Origin: Gammaproteobacteria bacterium
GTDB taxonomy: Bacteria; Pseudomonadota; Gammaproteobacteria; UBA4575
Assembly (NCBI GenBank): GCA_965220895.1
Contig: OZ244850.1
Location: 1,218,962 to 1,282,961, forward strand
DNA: 64,000 bases
Direction: 5' to 3'
Shown here one piece after another: positions 20,136 to 30,777 of the stretch. The position numbers were made by a program, and so were the translations under genes. The notes beneath the pieces are model-generated. The model worked only from the letters and a program-made list of their open reading frames with translations, searched no databases and had not been told where the DNA came from. The number at the start of each line of letters is the position of its first letter. Within the stretch, counting starts at the first letter, position 1.

Positions 20136-21956
20136 ATGAATGACACTGACTACATCACTCCTGAAGCTGCACAGACCCTGCCAGGCTTGTTCCATGAACG
20201 TGTGATGCGTTCTCCCGATGCACAGGCCTATGGCTTTTTTGATAACGAGAATGACACTTGGGAAAGTTTGACCTGGTCGCAGGTGGAACAGTGTGCAGCC
20301 AGGATACAGGCAGGGCTGCAAAGCAAAGCGGTCATCAAGGGTGATCGTGTAGCTATCATGTTGCGCAATTGTCCGGAATGGATCATGTTTGATGTGGCTG
20401 CACTCGGTCTTGGCCTGGTCACAGTGCCTCTGTACACAAATGACCGGGCAGAAAATGTGGCCTACATTGTTCAAAACGCCGGCATCAAGGTGATGCTTGT
20501 TCAAAATCAGCGCCAGTGGCGGCAACTGTCGAAAATTGAAAGTATCCGAAAGGCATTGCAGTGCGTAATCAGTGTTGCTCCGATCACGAACGTATCTGAT
20601 CACGAGCCCTGTTTGGTGCATATACAGGACTGGATTGATCGAGACATTCATGCCAAATACCAGCTAGCGCCCTTGGATGGCAGTCACCTCGCCACGATTA
20701 TCTACACATCCGGTACAACGGGACGTCCCAAAGGAGTGATGCTGAGCCACCGGAATATTCTTTCCAATGCCTTTGCAGCTTTGCAGTGCTCTGACATTTT
20801 TGAAAAAGACGTATTTCTATCCTTTCTTCCGTTATCGCATGCCATGGAACGTACAGCAGGATGTTTCATGCCCATGATGGCCAACTCGAGAGTGTTTTTT
20901 GCTCGATCAATACCGCAGTTGGGGGAAGATTTGCAGGAGGTTCGCCCAACCGTGTTTGTGTCGGTGCCACGAATTTACGAGATCGTTTTTACAAAGATTT
21001 TGAGCCAAGTGGCACAGATGTCTTATCTAGGGAAAAAAATGTTTGCATGGACACAGCAAATCGGCTGGCGATACCTCCAGTTCAGATTAGGCAAGGCTGG
21101 GCGGCATTGGAGCCTGCTTTTGTGGCCATTGATGGATCGCCTGGTAGCTGCAAAGATCAAGCAAAGGCTGGGCGGCAGGTTGCGCTATGCCATTGTCGGT
21201 GGCGCTGCACTCGATAAAACAATCACGAAGTTTTTTGTCAGTTTCGGAATTCCGGTTTATCAAGGCTATGGGATGACAGAAAGCAGCCCGGTGATCAGTG
21301 TAGGGCGGCCCGGTGCCAACGACCCTTTCAGTGTCGGCAAGGCCTTGCCCGGTATTGATGTGAAACTTACGGCAGAAGGTGAGCTATGTACGCGAAGCGA
21401 CTGCGTGATGCTTGGATACTATGACAACCCGCAGGCAACCCAGCAGATGATTGATGCCGAAGGCTGGTTACACACCGGTGATATTGTGCGTATTACAGAT
21501 GAGGGCTATCTGCATATTACGGGCAGGATCAAGGATATCATCGTCTTGGCAAATGCCGAGAAAGTGCCTCCCCAGGACATGGAAACTGCGATTTGTGCCG
21601 ACCCTTTGTTTGACCAGGCCATGATACTGGGTGAAGGACAGCCTTTTCTGTGTGCATTGCTGGTGCTGAACGAGGCAGAATGGAATTCCCTAGCCGAATC
21701 CATGCAGCTTGACAGCGGCATACAGGAAAATCTGCAGGATGCTTCTGTACACAAATATGTGTTGCGGCGTTTGGGCGATTGTTTGAAAGAATTTCCCGGA
21801 TATGCCCAGGTACGCAGGGTGAGTATCTATCTGGAAGCTTGGACCATCGAGAACAACTTGCTTACCCCGACCCTTAAAACCAGAAGAAAGCTGTTAATGA
21901 AGTTGTTTGCAGAAGACATAGAAGCTATGTACAACTCCATGGAAAAACAACGATAG
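20136..21956 (+). CDS. Long-chain acyl-CoA synthetase (AMP-dependent, FAA1 type)
   Basis: [29 protein letters not shown]. Confidence 0.92.
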   Translation: MNDTDYITPEAAQTLPGLFHERVMRSPDAQAYGFFDNENDTWESLTWSQVEQCAARIQAGLQSKAVIKGDRVAIMLRNCPEWIMFDVAALGLGLVTVPLYTNDRAENVAYIVQNAGIKVMLVQNQRQWRQLSKIESIRKALQCVISVAPITNVSDHEPCLVHIQDWIDRDIHAKYQLAPLDGSHLATIIYTSGTTGRPKGVMLSHRNILSNAFAALQCSDIFEKDVFLSFLPLSHAMERTAGCFMPMMANSRVFFARSIPQLGEDLQEVRPTVFVSVPRIYEIVFTKILSQVAQMSYLGKKMFAWTQQIGWRYLQFRLGKAGRHWSLLLWPLMDRLVAAKIKQRLGGRLRYAIVGGAALDKTITKFFVSFGIPVYQGYGMTESSPVISVGRPGANDPFSVGKALPGIDVKLTAEGELCTRSDCVMLGYYDNPQATQQMIDAEGWLHTGDIVRITDEGYLHITGRIKDIIVLANAEKVPPQDMETAICADPLFDQAMILGEGQPFLCALLVLNEAEWNSLAESMQLDSGIQENLQDASVHKYVLRRLGDCLKEFPGYAQVRRVSIYLEAWTIENNLLTPTLKTRRKLLMKLFAEDIEAMYNSMEKQR

Positions 21957-21972
21957 GGCATCCCTTGGCAGT

Positions 21973-22518
21973 CTATTGTTTTGCCTGCATCAAAATTGTA
22001 TCGATCTGATGGGTGCGCAGACGTACCCTGATTTGTTCCAGCGCCTGCCTGTCGTTTGAGGGACCAACTCGCACCCGGTGCCACTGGATATTGTTTACAT
22101 CCACAGATTGAACGTTGGCCTCAATGCCCAGCAATGCAAGTCGTGCCTTCAGGCTGTCTGCATCTTCATGACTCTTGAACGAACCTGCCTGCAGCAAGTA
22201 ACCACCCTTGTGTGTTGGAGGCATAGTTTGTTGGGCAGGTTGTTTGTCGGGCAAGTCTGTTTCTTCTTGTGGGATTACAATTTCCAATTCAGGCAGCAGT
22301 GTATAGAAGTCAAAGCTCCGTTTTATCGGCGGTTCTGCAGTTTTTTCCGCTTCTTGCGCAACTGACGGAGTCTGGGTCTTATCCACATACCAGCCGTCGA
22401 TGTCTATCAGCATGGCAATCCCGATACCTGTCACGATACCAAGTGCCAGCCAGGCCCAGGCCGGTACGGTGTTTGATGATCGGGTTGATCTTTTTTTCTT
22501 TCTAACAGGCACAGTCAC
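21973..22518 (-). CDS. SPOR-domain cell division protein (FtsN-like)
   Basis: TM helix, FDFYTLLP, LQAGSF, WHRVRVGP; downstream of argS. Confidence 0.88.
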   Translation of the reverse strand: MTVPVRKKKRSTRSSNTVPAWAWLALGIVTGIGIAMLIDIDGWYVDKTQTPSVAQEAEKTAEPPIKRSFDFYTLLPELEIVIPQEETDLPDKQPAQQTMPPTHKGGYLLQAGSFKSHEDADSLKARLALLGIEANVQSVDVNNIQWHRVRVGPSNDRQALEQIRVRLRTHQIDTILMQAKQ

Positions 22519-22520
22519 CT

Positions 22521-24272
22521 CTACATTTGTTCAGGTGCACTTACATCAAGCAGTTTCAGGCCGTTGCCCAGCACAATTTGCGTGGCCCGGATCAGCTTAA
22601 GACGTGCATTCCGCATTTCAGTTTCAGGCACAAGAACCTGATGCGCGTTATAAAAACGATGAAAGGAACTTGCAAGTTCGCGTAAATAATTGACGATAAT
22701 GTGCGGCGCCAGCTGGTCTGCTGCTGCCCGTACACTTTCCGGGAATTGCGCCAGTTGTTTTACCAGGTTTTTCTCCTGTATCGATACCAGCGGCCGGTCA
22801 TCGATGTCTGCCAAAATTTCATCCTGCAAAGGAGAAGTGCTTTGTTTCAATATGCTGCAAATTCTTGCGTGCGCATACTGCACGTAATAGACCGGATTAT
22901 CTTGGGTTTTTGAGGTCGCCAGGTCCAGGTCGAATTCCAGGTGTTGTTCGCATCTTCGCATGACATAGAAAAACCGTGCGGCATCCTTGCCGATCTGCTT
23001 GCGCAATTGACGCAGGGTCACGAATTCTCCGGAGCGCGTGGACATGGGAAGCCTTTCACCATTCTTATAAAGATTGGCAAACTGTACGAGCAGGATCTGT
23101 AAACAGCCGGTGTCTTTGCCAAGTGCCTGCATGGCGGCCTGCATTCGTGCTATATAGCCATGGTGGTCTGCGCCCCATATGTTGATCAGTTGATCAAAGT
23201 TGCGGTCATACTTGTCCAAGTGATACGCAATGTCAGAGGCAAAATAAGTTGCCTTGCCGTTTTTCCGTATCAGCACGCGGTCTTTCTCATCACCGAATGC
23301 CGTGCTTCTGAACAGCAAAGCGCCATCCTTTTGGTAGGTGTGCCCGTTCTCTGTCAAAGTGTTGAGGACATCCTGTATTCTCGCCTGACCCAATGATTGC
23401 TCTGAATACCACTGATCGAAGGTGACAGCGAACAAGTCTAGATCGTTTCGGATATCACGTGTCAGCGTATCGAGTGCATAGCCAAGCAATATGTTGTAGC
23501 CGTCTTCTGCAAGCAGTTTTTTTGCCTTGTCGATGACTGCATCGATGCGACTCTCCGCATCCGCTTCTTCAACGGCGTGTTCGTCAGACGGCAGGTCCAA
23601 GACCTCTGCAGGATGAAAGAAATCATGCTTATGCTCACGGTGTACGGATGCCGCAATATCCCATATATAGTCGCCCTGGTAGGCATTGACAGGAAAGTGC
23701 AGGGTCTGTCCACAAAGCTCCAAGTACCTGAGCCACACGGAAACAGCCAGAATATCCATCTGGCGACCGGTATCATTTATGTAGTATTCGCGCTGTACCT
23801 CGTGGCCTGCGGCCTCAAGGAGGTGGGCAATGGAGGCTCCATAAGCGGCTCCTCGTCCGTGTCCTACATGTAGAGGTCCGGTAGGGTTGGCCGAGACAAA
23901 CTCGATCAGTATCTTTCTGCCCGTGTGTATTTTGCTGTGTCCAAAACACTCCTTGCCCTGAAGGATTTGACGCAGTATTTCTGCCTCATGGGCTGTGCGT
24001 AAATAAAAATTTATAAATCCGGGACCTGCAATCTCAACTTTCGCGATGCCGGAGTCCTGCGGGATGTGTTCTGCTATTTTTTCAGCCAGTGTACGTGGCG
24101 GCACCTCGGCAATTTTGGACAGCTGGAGTGCTAGGTTGGACGCAAAATCGCCATGTGTGCTGTCTTTGCTGCGAGTCACCTGAACTTCAGTGTTCGTGTC
24201 TGCGGGCAAATCTCCTGTTTCCTGCAGACTGGATACCGCAGCAGCTAGCAGTTTCGAGATTTGTGCTTGCAT
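22521..24272 (-). CDS. argS: Arginine-tRNA ligase
   Basis: SANPTGPLHVGHGR, FGDEKDRV, NPVYYVQYAHAR, APEQM. Confidence 0.97.
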   Translation of the reverse strand: MQAQISKLLAAAVSSLQETGDLPADTNTEVQVTRSKDSTHGDFASNLALQLSKIAEVPPRTLAEKIAEHIPQDSGIAKVEIAGPGFINFYLRTAHEAEILRQILQGKECFGHSKIHTGRKILIEFVSANPTGPLHVGHGRGAAYGASIAHLLEAAGHEVQREYYINDTGRQMDILAVSVWLRYLELCGQTLHFPVNAYQGDYIWDIAASVHREHKHDFFHPAEVLDLPSDEHAVEEADAESRIDAVIDKAKKLLAEDGYNILLGYALDTLTRDIRNDLDLFAVTFDQWYSEQSLGQARIQDVLNTLTENGHTYQKDGALLFRSTAFGDEKDRVLIRKNGKATYFASDIAYHLDKYDRNFDQLINIWGADHHGYIARMQAAMQALGKDTGCLQILLVQFANLYKNGERLPMSTRSGEFVTLRQLRKQIGKDAARFFYVMRRCEQHLEFDLDLATSKTQDNPVYYVQYAHARICSILKQSTSPLQDEILADIDDRPLVSIQEKNLVKQLAQFPESVRAAADQLAPHIIVNYLRELASSFHRFYNAHQVLVPETEMRNARLKLIRATQIVLGNGLKLLDVSAPEQM

Positions 24273-24461
24273 GAAGAAAGGATAATCCTGTAGGGCAGGC
24301 TGCATTGTACCCAAATGCAACTATCCTGTACGTGAATTTGACAGGGTAGATGCTTGGCAAATTTTTGACTTTGGCTGCACATCAAACCAGGATGTCAAAC
24401 GGTAGAGAATGCTGGTGCAGATCGAAGCACGACGAAATCATGTCGTCGGCGAAGTTGCTGG

Positions 24462-26666
24462 TCAACCGGTTTCCAGCGGGTCCACCTCGATGCTCCAGCG
24501 CACACGTTTTGAAAGCGGATGTTGCTGCATCACTGTGGCCCAATCGGGCAGGTGCGCCTGTATTACCGCCCTACTCGTTGAAATCACCACCAACTGACTC
24601 TGGTACATTCCGGCCTTGCGTTCCAGGCTGGCAGGAATAGGTCCAAACAGGTTCAGACCTGATGAAGCCGAGGGCAGCATCAAAGATTTGATTTCCCGCA
24701 AGAATTGGTAAGTTAAATTCTGTTGATGTGCGCGGGCGCGCACTAGCAACATGAAGGAAAAGGGCGGCAGTGAACAACGTTCACGTTGCCGAAGGACTTC
24801 TTGGGAAAAATCCTGATAGCCATGCTTCAGTAAGCGGTTGAGCAAGGGATGCTCGGGCTGATGGGTCTGCAGCAGCACCCTGCCTTTATTTTCAGAGCGT
24901 CCTGCCCTGCCTGACACCTGTACGACCAATTGTGCCAAGCGTTCTGAGGCGCGGAAGTCGCTGCTTAATAATCCGTGGTCAACATTCAGGATGCCTACCA
25001 AAGTTACATTGGGAAAGTCATGTCCCTTGGCGAGCATCTGCGTGCCTATGATGATTTGATACTTTCCCTGGCGGACCTCTTCCAGTTTCTCCTGCAGGGT
25101 GTGTTTTTTGCGTGTGCTGTCGCGGTCGATGCGAATCATGGCGATGTCGGGGAAAATTTTCTTGAGACAGCTTTCGATTCGTTGTGTCCCCTCGCCTAAA
25201 AACATCAGATTTTCAGAACCGCATTGCGGACATGTGGCCGGTGCTTTTTCTTGTCTCAGGCAGTGATGACACTTGACGATGTTCTGTTCCTTGTAAAAAA
25301 CCATGTGTGAGTCGCAGCGCGCACATTCGGCAGTCCAGGCACAGTCATGGCAGAGCAGAACAGGAGCGAAACCGCGCCGGTTCAAAAAAAGCAGGATCTG
25401 GTGATTTTGTTTGAGTTCGGCCTCGATGGCCTGCAACAATTCATTCGACAGCCCGTCCTTGGCTTGCTTGGAGCGCAGGTCGATCAGCTTTACCTGGGGG
25501 ATCTTGGCCAGTTTTGCGCGTTTGCTCAAAGTGACATTTCGATAATGACCCAGACGGACATTGTGCTGGCTTTCCAAAGAAGGTGTTGCACTGCCTAGAA
25601 CGATGGGGATGGAGAGTTGTTTCGCCCGATAGACCGCAACATCACGCGCGCTGTATAGAATGCCTTCCTGTTGTTTGAAGGACAGGTCGTGCTCCTCATC
25701 GACTACGATCAGGCCAAGATTCCAGAAAGGTAAGAAGATGGCGGACCGGGTGCCCACCACGATGCTCACCTGGCCCGTGCCGGCCTGCAGCCATGTCTGG
25801 GCTCCTTCACCCGCACTCAAGTCAGAGTGCATCAGTGCGACCGGTACATTCAGCCTGGTTTCGATTCTCTGTACCAGCTGTGGTGTCAGCCCGATCTCAG
25901 GGACTAGCACCAGCACCTGCTTGCCACGCCCGATAACATCCTGCGCCAGCGCGAGATACACCTCGGTCTTGCCGCTACCGGTCACACCTGCAAGCAGGTG
26001 AACACCGAATTGATGAATTTTTCGGTGGATCTGCTCATAGGCATGACGTTGTTCCTGGTTGAGGGTGAGGGATTCTGCTACAGCACGAGGGGGTTTGGCC
26101 GAGATGTCGCTATTCGTGATCTTCTGAACAAGCTTTTTGGCAATCAAGGCACGAGCAAACGGGCGCCAGTGACTGATCTTTGCAGCTATTTCATCTGCTG
26201 TGAGGCCTGCTGGGTGAGCCCTGATGAGCTCAAACACTTGCCGTTGCTTTGGCGCCCTGTGCAACAGTTGGTCGATGGCTTTTCTAGTGCAGGCCCGGTA
26301 GACGGCATTGGAGTCCGTGCTGATTTGTCTCTGTTTGCGCAATACCTTGGGGAGGGCAGCATTTAGCACTTCACCTGGTGGCTGCTGATAATACCGTGCA
26401 ACCCAGAACAGCAATTTTTTCAACACGGGATCAAACACAGGCTCAGCATCCAGAATTTCCAGAACTGTCCTGAGCTGATCAGATGCAAGTGAAGAATGGG
26501 AACACTTCTCCACCACGATGCCTGTGAGTATTCGCCGGCCGAATGGTACGCGGACACGCACACCCGTCTGGATGCGGTTGAAGGCAACACCTTGAGGAGG
26601 TCTGTACTCGAAGTATTGGTACAGTGGCACAGGCAGTGCAATTTTTAAAACGGGAGGTGTAGGCAT
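24462..26666 (-). CDS. priA: Primosomal protein N'
   Basis: GVTGSGKT, DEEHD, four CxxC motifs, QVSGRAGR. Confidence 0.97.
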   Translation of the reverse strand: MPTPPVLKIALPVPLYQYFEYRPPQGVAFNRIQTGVRVRVPFGRRILTGIVVEKCSHSSLASDQLRTVLEILDAEPVFDPVLKKLLFWVARYYQQPPGEVLNAALPKVLRKQRQISTDSNAVYRACTRKAIDQLLHRAPKQRQVFELIRAHPAGLTADEIAAKISHWRPFARALIAKKLVQKITNSDISAKPPRAVAESLTLNQEQRHAYEQIHRKIHQFGVHLLAGVTGSGKTEVYLALAQDVIGRGKQVLVLVPEIGLTPQLVQRIETRLNVPVALMHSDLSAGEGAQTWLQAGTGQVSIVVGTRSAIFLPFWNLGLIVVDEEHDLSFKQQEGILYSARDVAVYRAKQLSIPIVLGSATPSLESQHNVRLGHYRNVTLSKRAKLAKIPQVKLIDLRSKQAKDGLSNELLQAIEAELKQNHQILLFLNRRGFAPVLLCHDCAWTAECARCDSHMVFYKEQNIVKCHHCLRQEKAPATCPQCGSENLMFLGEGTQRIESCLKKIFPDIAMIRIDRDSTRKKHTLQEKLEEVRQGKYQIIIGTQMLAKGHDFPNVTLVGILNVDHGLLSSDFRASERLAQLVVQVSGRAGRSENKGRVLLQTHQPEHPLLNRLLKHGYQDFSQEVLRQRERCSLPPFSFMLLVRARAHQQNLTYQFLREIKSLMLPSASSGLNLFGPIPASLERKAGMYQSQLVVISTSRAVIQAHLPDWATVMQQHPLSKRVRWSIEVDPLETG

Positions 26667-26754
26667 GATGAAGCTATAGTCTACCAAGGCACTACAGCGA
26701 CTGTTTGAGCCTAGGCCGGTGCGTATCAAGGCTTCTTTGCCTGATCCGGAGTGC

Positions 26755-26936
26755 TGTGGATAATTCTGTGGATAAAAGAGGGTATAGAGCGCCCATGCCG
26801 CACCAGCTTCCCTTGGATAGGCTGGAATTCTCGAAAATCATCAAATGAATCCTTTAAAATCAATGATCTGCACGGATACAAAGATTCCAGCAATCCGGTC
26901 AGTGAACGCGGCATGCTTAGCACCAAATGTGAATAA
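26755..26936. promoter_or_regulatory. DnaA-box/IHF cluster 1 (datA-like)
   Basis: TGTGGATAA at 26755 and 26767, IHF-like AATCAATGATCTG at 26858, TGTGAATAA at 26928. Confidence 0.65.
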
Positions 26937-27075
26937 ACCACATCAATATTGAAGGATATCCCTTTCATAGCACATGTGCGCACCGGCGTTGTTGGCATGT
27001 CGGGAGGATGGGAGGTCATTGCAGGTGTAGAAATAGTGTAGTATTCACATGCTCTAATTTTACACGTGCGGCAAG

Positions 27076-27705
27076 GTGTGTTCCGAGCACGTTGAAAGTG
27101 GCTCCGGTAAACCAGTGAACAACTTCAACCTACAAATACTGCGCACGGATGTTTCAGGCATGCCCATGGAATGGGTGAATTATCAAGATGCAGTACGCCT
27201 GTACCATATTGAACAGGTCGCCTATACATGTGGAGAACGCCTGTATGTGGTGCGTGGCGGCATCAATGCGCGCAGTGGACTTCGCAGTCAAATCGAGGTC
27301 CATTCCATCATCGCCACACAGGGCAGCAACCGCTCCTTGCGTGACAGCTACATCCCTCCCCTGAATAATCGCGCGTTGTTCAAACGAGATGCCAATATGT
27401 GCATGTATTGTGGACAACAATTTACCCGACGTGACTTGTCAAGAGATCATGTGCGCCCCCTGAGCCAAGGTGGTTACGATGACTGGAACAATGTCGTCAC
27501 GGCCTGCAAACGCTGCAATAATCACAAAGCAGGGCAAACCCCCGAGCAAGCCAACATGCAGTTACTTGCAATTCCCTTCACTCCCACCCATGCGGAGTAC
27601 ATTTTTTTGCAGGGACACCGTGTACTCGCTGACCAGATGAAATTCTTGCTGGCGCATTTTCCTCGCACCAGCCCTTTGCATAAGCGTTTCAACAAACTGG
27701 CATAA
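27076..27705 (+). CDS. HNH endonuclease (McrA-like family)
   Basis: RD...CMYCG...SRDHVRP..QGG..WNNVVTACKRCNNHK. Confidence 0.88.
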   Translation: MCSEHVESGSGKPVNNFNLQILRTDVSGMPMEWVNYQDAVRLYHIEQVAYTCGERLYVVRGGINARSGLRSQIEVHSIIATQGSNRSLRDSYIPPLNNRALFKRDANMCMYCGQQFTRRDLSRDHVRPLSQGGYDDWNNVVTACKRCNNHKAGQTPEQANMQLLAIPFTPTHAEYIFLQGHRVLADQMKFLLAHFPRTSPLHKRFNKLA

Positions 27706-27820
27706 TTGGCAGCAACCTGGGAAGAACAAAAATTGTGTCGGCTGTTCTGGTCGATGGGCCACATTCTTCCCTGCGGTACGACCGGGATTCACTGCAGCTG
27801 AAGTTAAGCAGTTCACATTG

Positions 27821-28924
27821 ATGTCGAAATACAAAGGCAAAAAGGATTATGTCCACGGGGACGACACCTGCCTTGGTGTACTGATAGTCAACCTGGGTAC
27901 GCCGGATGCGCCCACGGTCCGTGCGATCAGGAAATTTCTCGCAGAATTTTTATGGGATCCAAGGGTTGTTGAAATGCCCAGAATCCTGTGGTGGTTGATT
28001 CTGCATACGCTAGTATTACAGCTGAGGCCGCGAAAAAAAGTCGAGTCCTATATCAAAATCTGGACTGAAGAAGGCTCGCCACTGTTGGTCATCGGCAAAA
28101 AGCAAGAAGCTGCATTGCAGGCGGCTTTGCAGGAGTCATGTGCCGGCAGGGTAAAGGTGGTCCTCGCCATGCGTTATGGCCAGCCTTCGATGACATCAGC
28201 CTTACAAGTTCTGCAGGAGAATAATGCTCGCCGCATACTGGTATTTCCAATGTATCCGCAGTATTCCGCCAGTACCGCAGCCTCTACATTTGACGAGCTG
28301 GCGAAACAGTTTGAGCGGTTGAGGTGGATTCCGGAAGTGCGCATGATCAACAGTTATGGTGCCGAACCCGAATATATCCGTGCTTGTGCAGAACGGATCA
28401 GTTCGTATTGGGAGCAGCACCCGCGCAGCCAAAAGTTGCTGTTTTCTTTTCACGGACTGCCAAAGCGCAGTCTCCTGCAGGGAGACCCCTATCACTGTGA
28501 GTGCCATCAAACGGCGCGATTGATTGCAGAACAGCTGGGCTTGAGCAACAGCGACTGGGTGCTTACATTTCAATCGCGGTTCGGTATGACAGAATGGCTG
28601 CAGCCCTATACCGACAAAACCCTGAAAAAACTGCCTTCTGAAGGGATCGAGTCGGTCGATGTATTTTGTCCCGGATTTTCAGCCGACTGCATCGAGACTC
28701 TGGAAGAAATCGATATGCAGAACCATGAAATATTCCTGAGCAGTGGAGGAAAGTCTTTCAACTACATTCCAGCCCTGAATGACACACACGCACACATCCA
28801 GGCCTTGATGCAGATCATCTCCCGGCATATCCAGGGTTGGCCGGAATGCACCCAGAGACCCCGATCGCCCGAAGAACGGGAAACCGTTCGCCAGCGCGCA
28901 TTGCAGCTGGGCGCAAAACAATAA
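27821..28924 (+). CDS. hemH: Ferrochelatase
   Basis: NLGTP, YPQYS, FSFHGLP, FQSRFG..WLQP, DCIETLEEI. Confidence 0.96.
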   Translation: MSKYKGKKDYVHGDDTCLGVLIVNLGTPDAPTVRAIRKFLAEFLWDPRVVEMPRILWWLILHTLVLQLRPRKKVESYIKIWTEEGSPLLVIGKKQEAALQAALQESCAGRVKVVLAMRYGQPSMTSALQVLQENNARRILVFPMYPQYSASTAASTFDELAKQFERLRWIPEVRMINSYGAEPEYIRACAERISSYWEQHPRSQKLLFSFHGLPKRSLLQGDPYHCECHQTARLIAEQLGLSNSDWVLTFQSRFGMTEWLQPYTDKTLKKLPSEGIESVDVFCPGFSADCIETLEEIDMQNHEIFLSSGGKSFNYIPALNDTHAHIQALMQIISRHIQGWPECTQRPRSPEERETVRQRALQLGAKQ

Positions 28925-28945
28925 CGGGGAGGTTCTGACAACTGG

Positions 28946-29854
28946 CTACTTGAGCTCGCTGAGTACCTTCAGGCAAGTTTGCTCGGCCTGGCTGGCATAA
29001 CCGCCACCAAACAGGTTGAAATGGTTTAAGACGTGATAAAGATTGTAGAAATCCTTGCGTACACGGTAGCCCGCATCCAGCGGATATGCCTCCATGTAGG
29101 CGCCGTAAAATTCTTGGCTGAAGCCACCAAATAGCTCAGTCATGGCGAGATCGGTTTCCCGGTCTCCGTAGTAGCATGCCGGGTCATAAACTACCGGCCT
29201 CGCCTTTGCATCGAAGGCAAAATTTCCTGACCAAAGATCACCATGCAGCAGGCTGAATTCGGGTGAGTAATTCACAAACAACCCGTCCATGTCACACAGT
29301 AAATGTTCGCCATGTTCAAGCAATGCGTGCGGGGCACCGTTGTGCTTCGCCAGCTTCAGCTGGTGTGCAAGTCGTTGGTGGCGCCAGAATGAAACCCAGT
29401 CCGTGCACTTCGTGTTCGGCTGAGAAGTCGTGCCGATCCAGTTGTCCTCGAACCAGCCACAGTAGTCTTCTGTGTGTTGATGCAAGCGGGCAAGCTGCCT
29501 GCCCAGGGCTGCACCGGGCCCACTTCGGTGAAGCTCCAGGAATTCCAGTAACAGATAACAGCGAGCGCCGATCTGTCCGTGTGCCATAGGCAACGGAATA
29601 CGCAAGGCCCCTGTCTTGGCCAGAGCCTCCAGATTTCGTGCTTCGCTTTGCAGCATGGGATACATGCCTTGACGATGAAGTTTTAAAAAATAAGGTTCGA
29701 GGCTGCACTGGACTTTGAAGGTCTTGCTGATGTCACCGCCTGCAACCGGTGTGATTTTTTCAATGTGCAGGGGCCGCGCGATTTTGTGGCTCAGTTGCGC
29801 TTCCAGCAACCTCGGGTCGATACATGAGCTTGCCGTTTCAGGCGCCAAGGACAC
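28946..29854 (-). CDS. Fructosamine kinase family protein
   Basis: GGDI, LLHGDLWSGN, YDPACYYGDRETDLAMTELFGGF. Confidence 0.92.
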   Translation of the reverse strand: MSLAPETASSCIDPRLLEAQLSHKIARPLHIEKITPVAGGDISKTFKVQCSLEPYFLKLHRQGMYPMLQSEARNLEALAKTGALRIPLPMAHGQIGARCYLLLEFLELHRSGPGAALGRQLARLHQHTEDYCGWFEDNWIGTTSQPNTKCTDWVSFWRHQRLAHQLKLAKHNGAPHALLEHGEHLLCDMDGLFVNYSPEFSLLHGDLWSGNFAFDAKARPVVYDPACYYGDRETDLAMTELFGGFSQEFYGAYMEAYPLDAGYRVRKDFYNLYHVLNHFNLFGGGYASQAEQTCLKVLSELK

Positions 29855-30728
29855 TCAACCATCGCTCACGCCGATATTTGCTGAACCCGAATTTGTCAAA
29901 CAGCACTTCAAGGGCGGGGAAATCGGGAGGTTTCCTTTCTAGGTTGATCTCATCGGAGAAGTCAATATCACAATAAATCGTTGTCAGCTTTTTATACAGC
30001 AACAGGTGCTCCTGGTGATTCTCTATCAGACCCTGGATACGCTTGGCTCCACGAATATTCATCGAACTGATTTTTGCACAGTTGCGGAGCAAGTCTTCGA
30101 GGCTGGGAAACTGGTTCAGCAGCTTGGCCGCAGTAGCCATACCAATGCCGGGCGCGCCCTCGATGTTATCCGTCTTGTCACCTGCGATGGCGAGTTGGTC
30201 GGCGATCTGACTGGGGTCGACGCCAAACTGTTTTCTGATTTGGGGAATGGAATGCCGCTGGCCCTTGGCAAAATTCCATAGAATATCGTTTTCAAAAATG
30301 AGCTGTGCCAGATCCTTGTCCGAGGTCACTATGGTGATCGGATGACCGCGCTTGCGCATTTGTCTGGCCAGCGTACCTATGATGTCATCCGCTTCATACC
30401 GGGGTTGTGCAGTCTCGAACAACCCCGAGGCCTGTAAAAGTTCCCGACAGTAGGCAAACTGCCGTTTGAGTTCTTGGGGGGCAGGTTCACGGTTGGCCTT
30501 GTATTCAGGATATAGCTGGTTGCGAAAGGAGGTGCTGAGGCTGTCGTCAAAGGCAAAGGCAATGTACTTGGCTTGGGTTTGTTTCAGGAACTGGTGTGCG
30601 AAGTCGACAAAACCATACACGGCGTTTACAGGCTCATTGTCTGGGTTCACGATATGATCCGGCACGGTAAACCAAGCGCGAAACACGTAGATACTGGAAT
30701 CGATGAGGTAGACCTTGTCGGGTGTCAT
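29838..30728 (-). CDS. Stand-alone 5'-3' exonuclease/flap endonuclease
   Basis: LIDSS, YKANR, EADDIIGTL, SDKDLAQL, GDKTDNIEGAPGIG (H3TH). Confidence 0.9.
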   Translation of the reverse strand: MTPDKVYLIDSSIYVFRAWFTVPDHIVNPDNEPVNAVYGFVDFAHQFLKQTQAKYIAFAFDDSLSTSFRNQLYPEYKANREPAPQELKRQFAYCRELLQASGLFETAQPRYEADDIIGTLARQMRKRGHPITIVTSDKDLAQLIFENDILWNFAKGQRHSIPQIRKQFGVDPSQIADQLAIAGDKTDNIEGAPGIGMATAAKLLNQFPSLEDLLRNCAKISSMNIRGAKRIQGLIENHQEHLLLYKKLTTIYCDIDFSDEINLERKPPDFPALEVLFDKFGFSKYRRERWLSVLGA

Positions 30729-30777
30729 GGGTAAGGCCGGGGGAAGTCAGCAGGGAGGGCAGGCATGCACAATACAC

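Noticed and set aside
27076-27705. HNH gene as a homing endonuclease or defence system
   Set aside because: Stand-alone gene with no intron, methylase or partner genes; looks like the common chromosomal McrA-like family.
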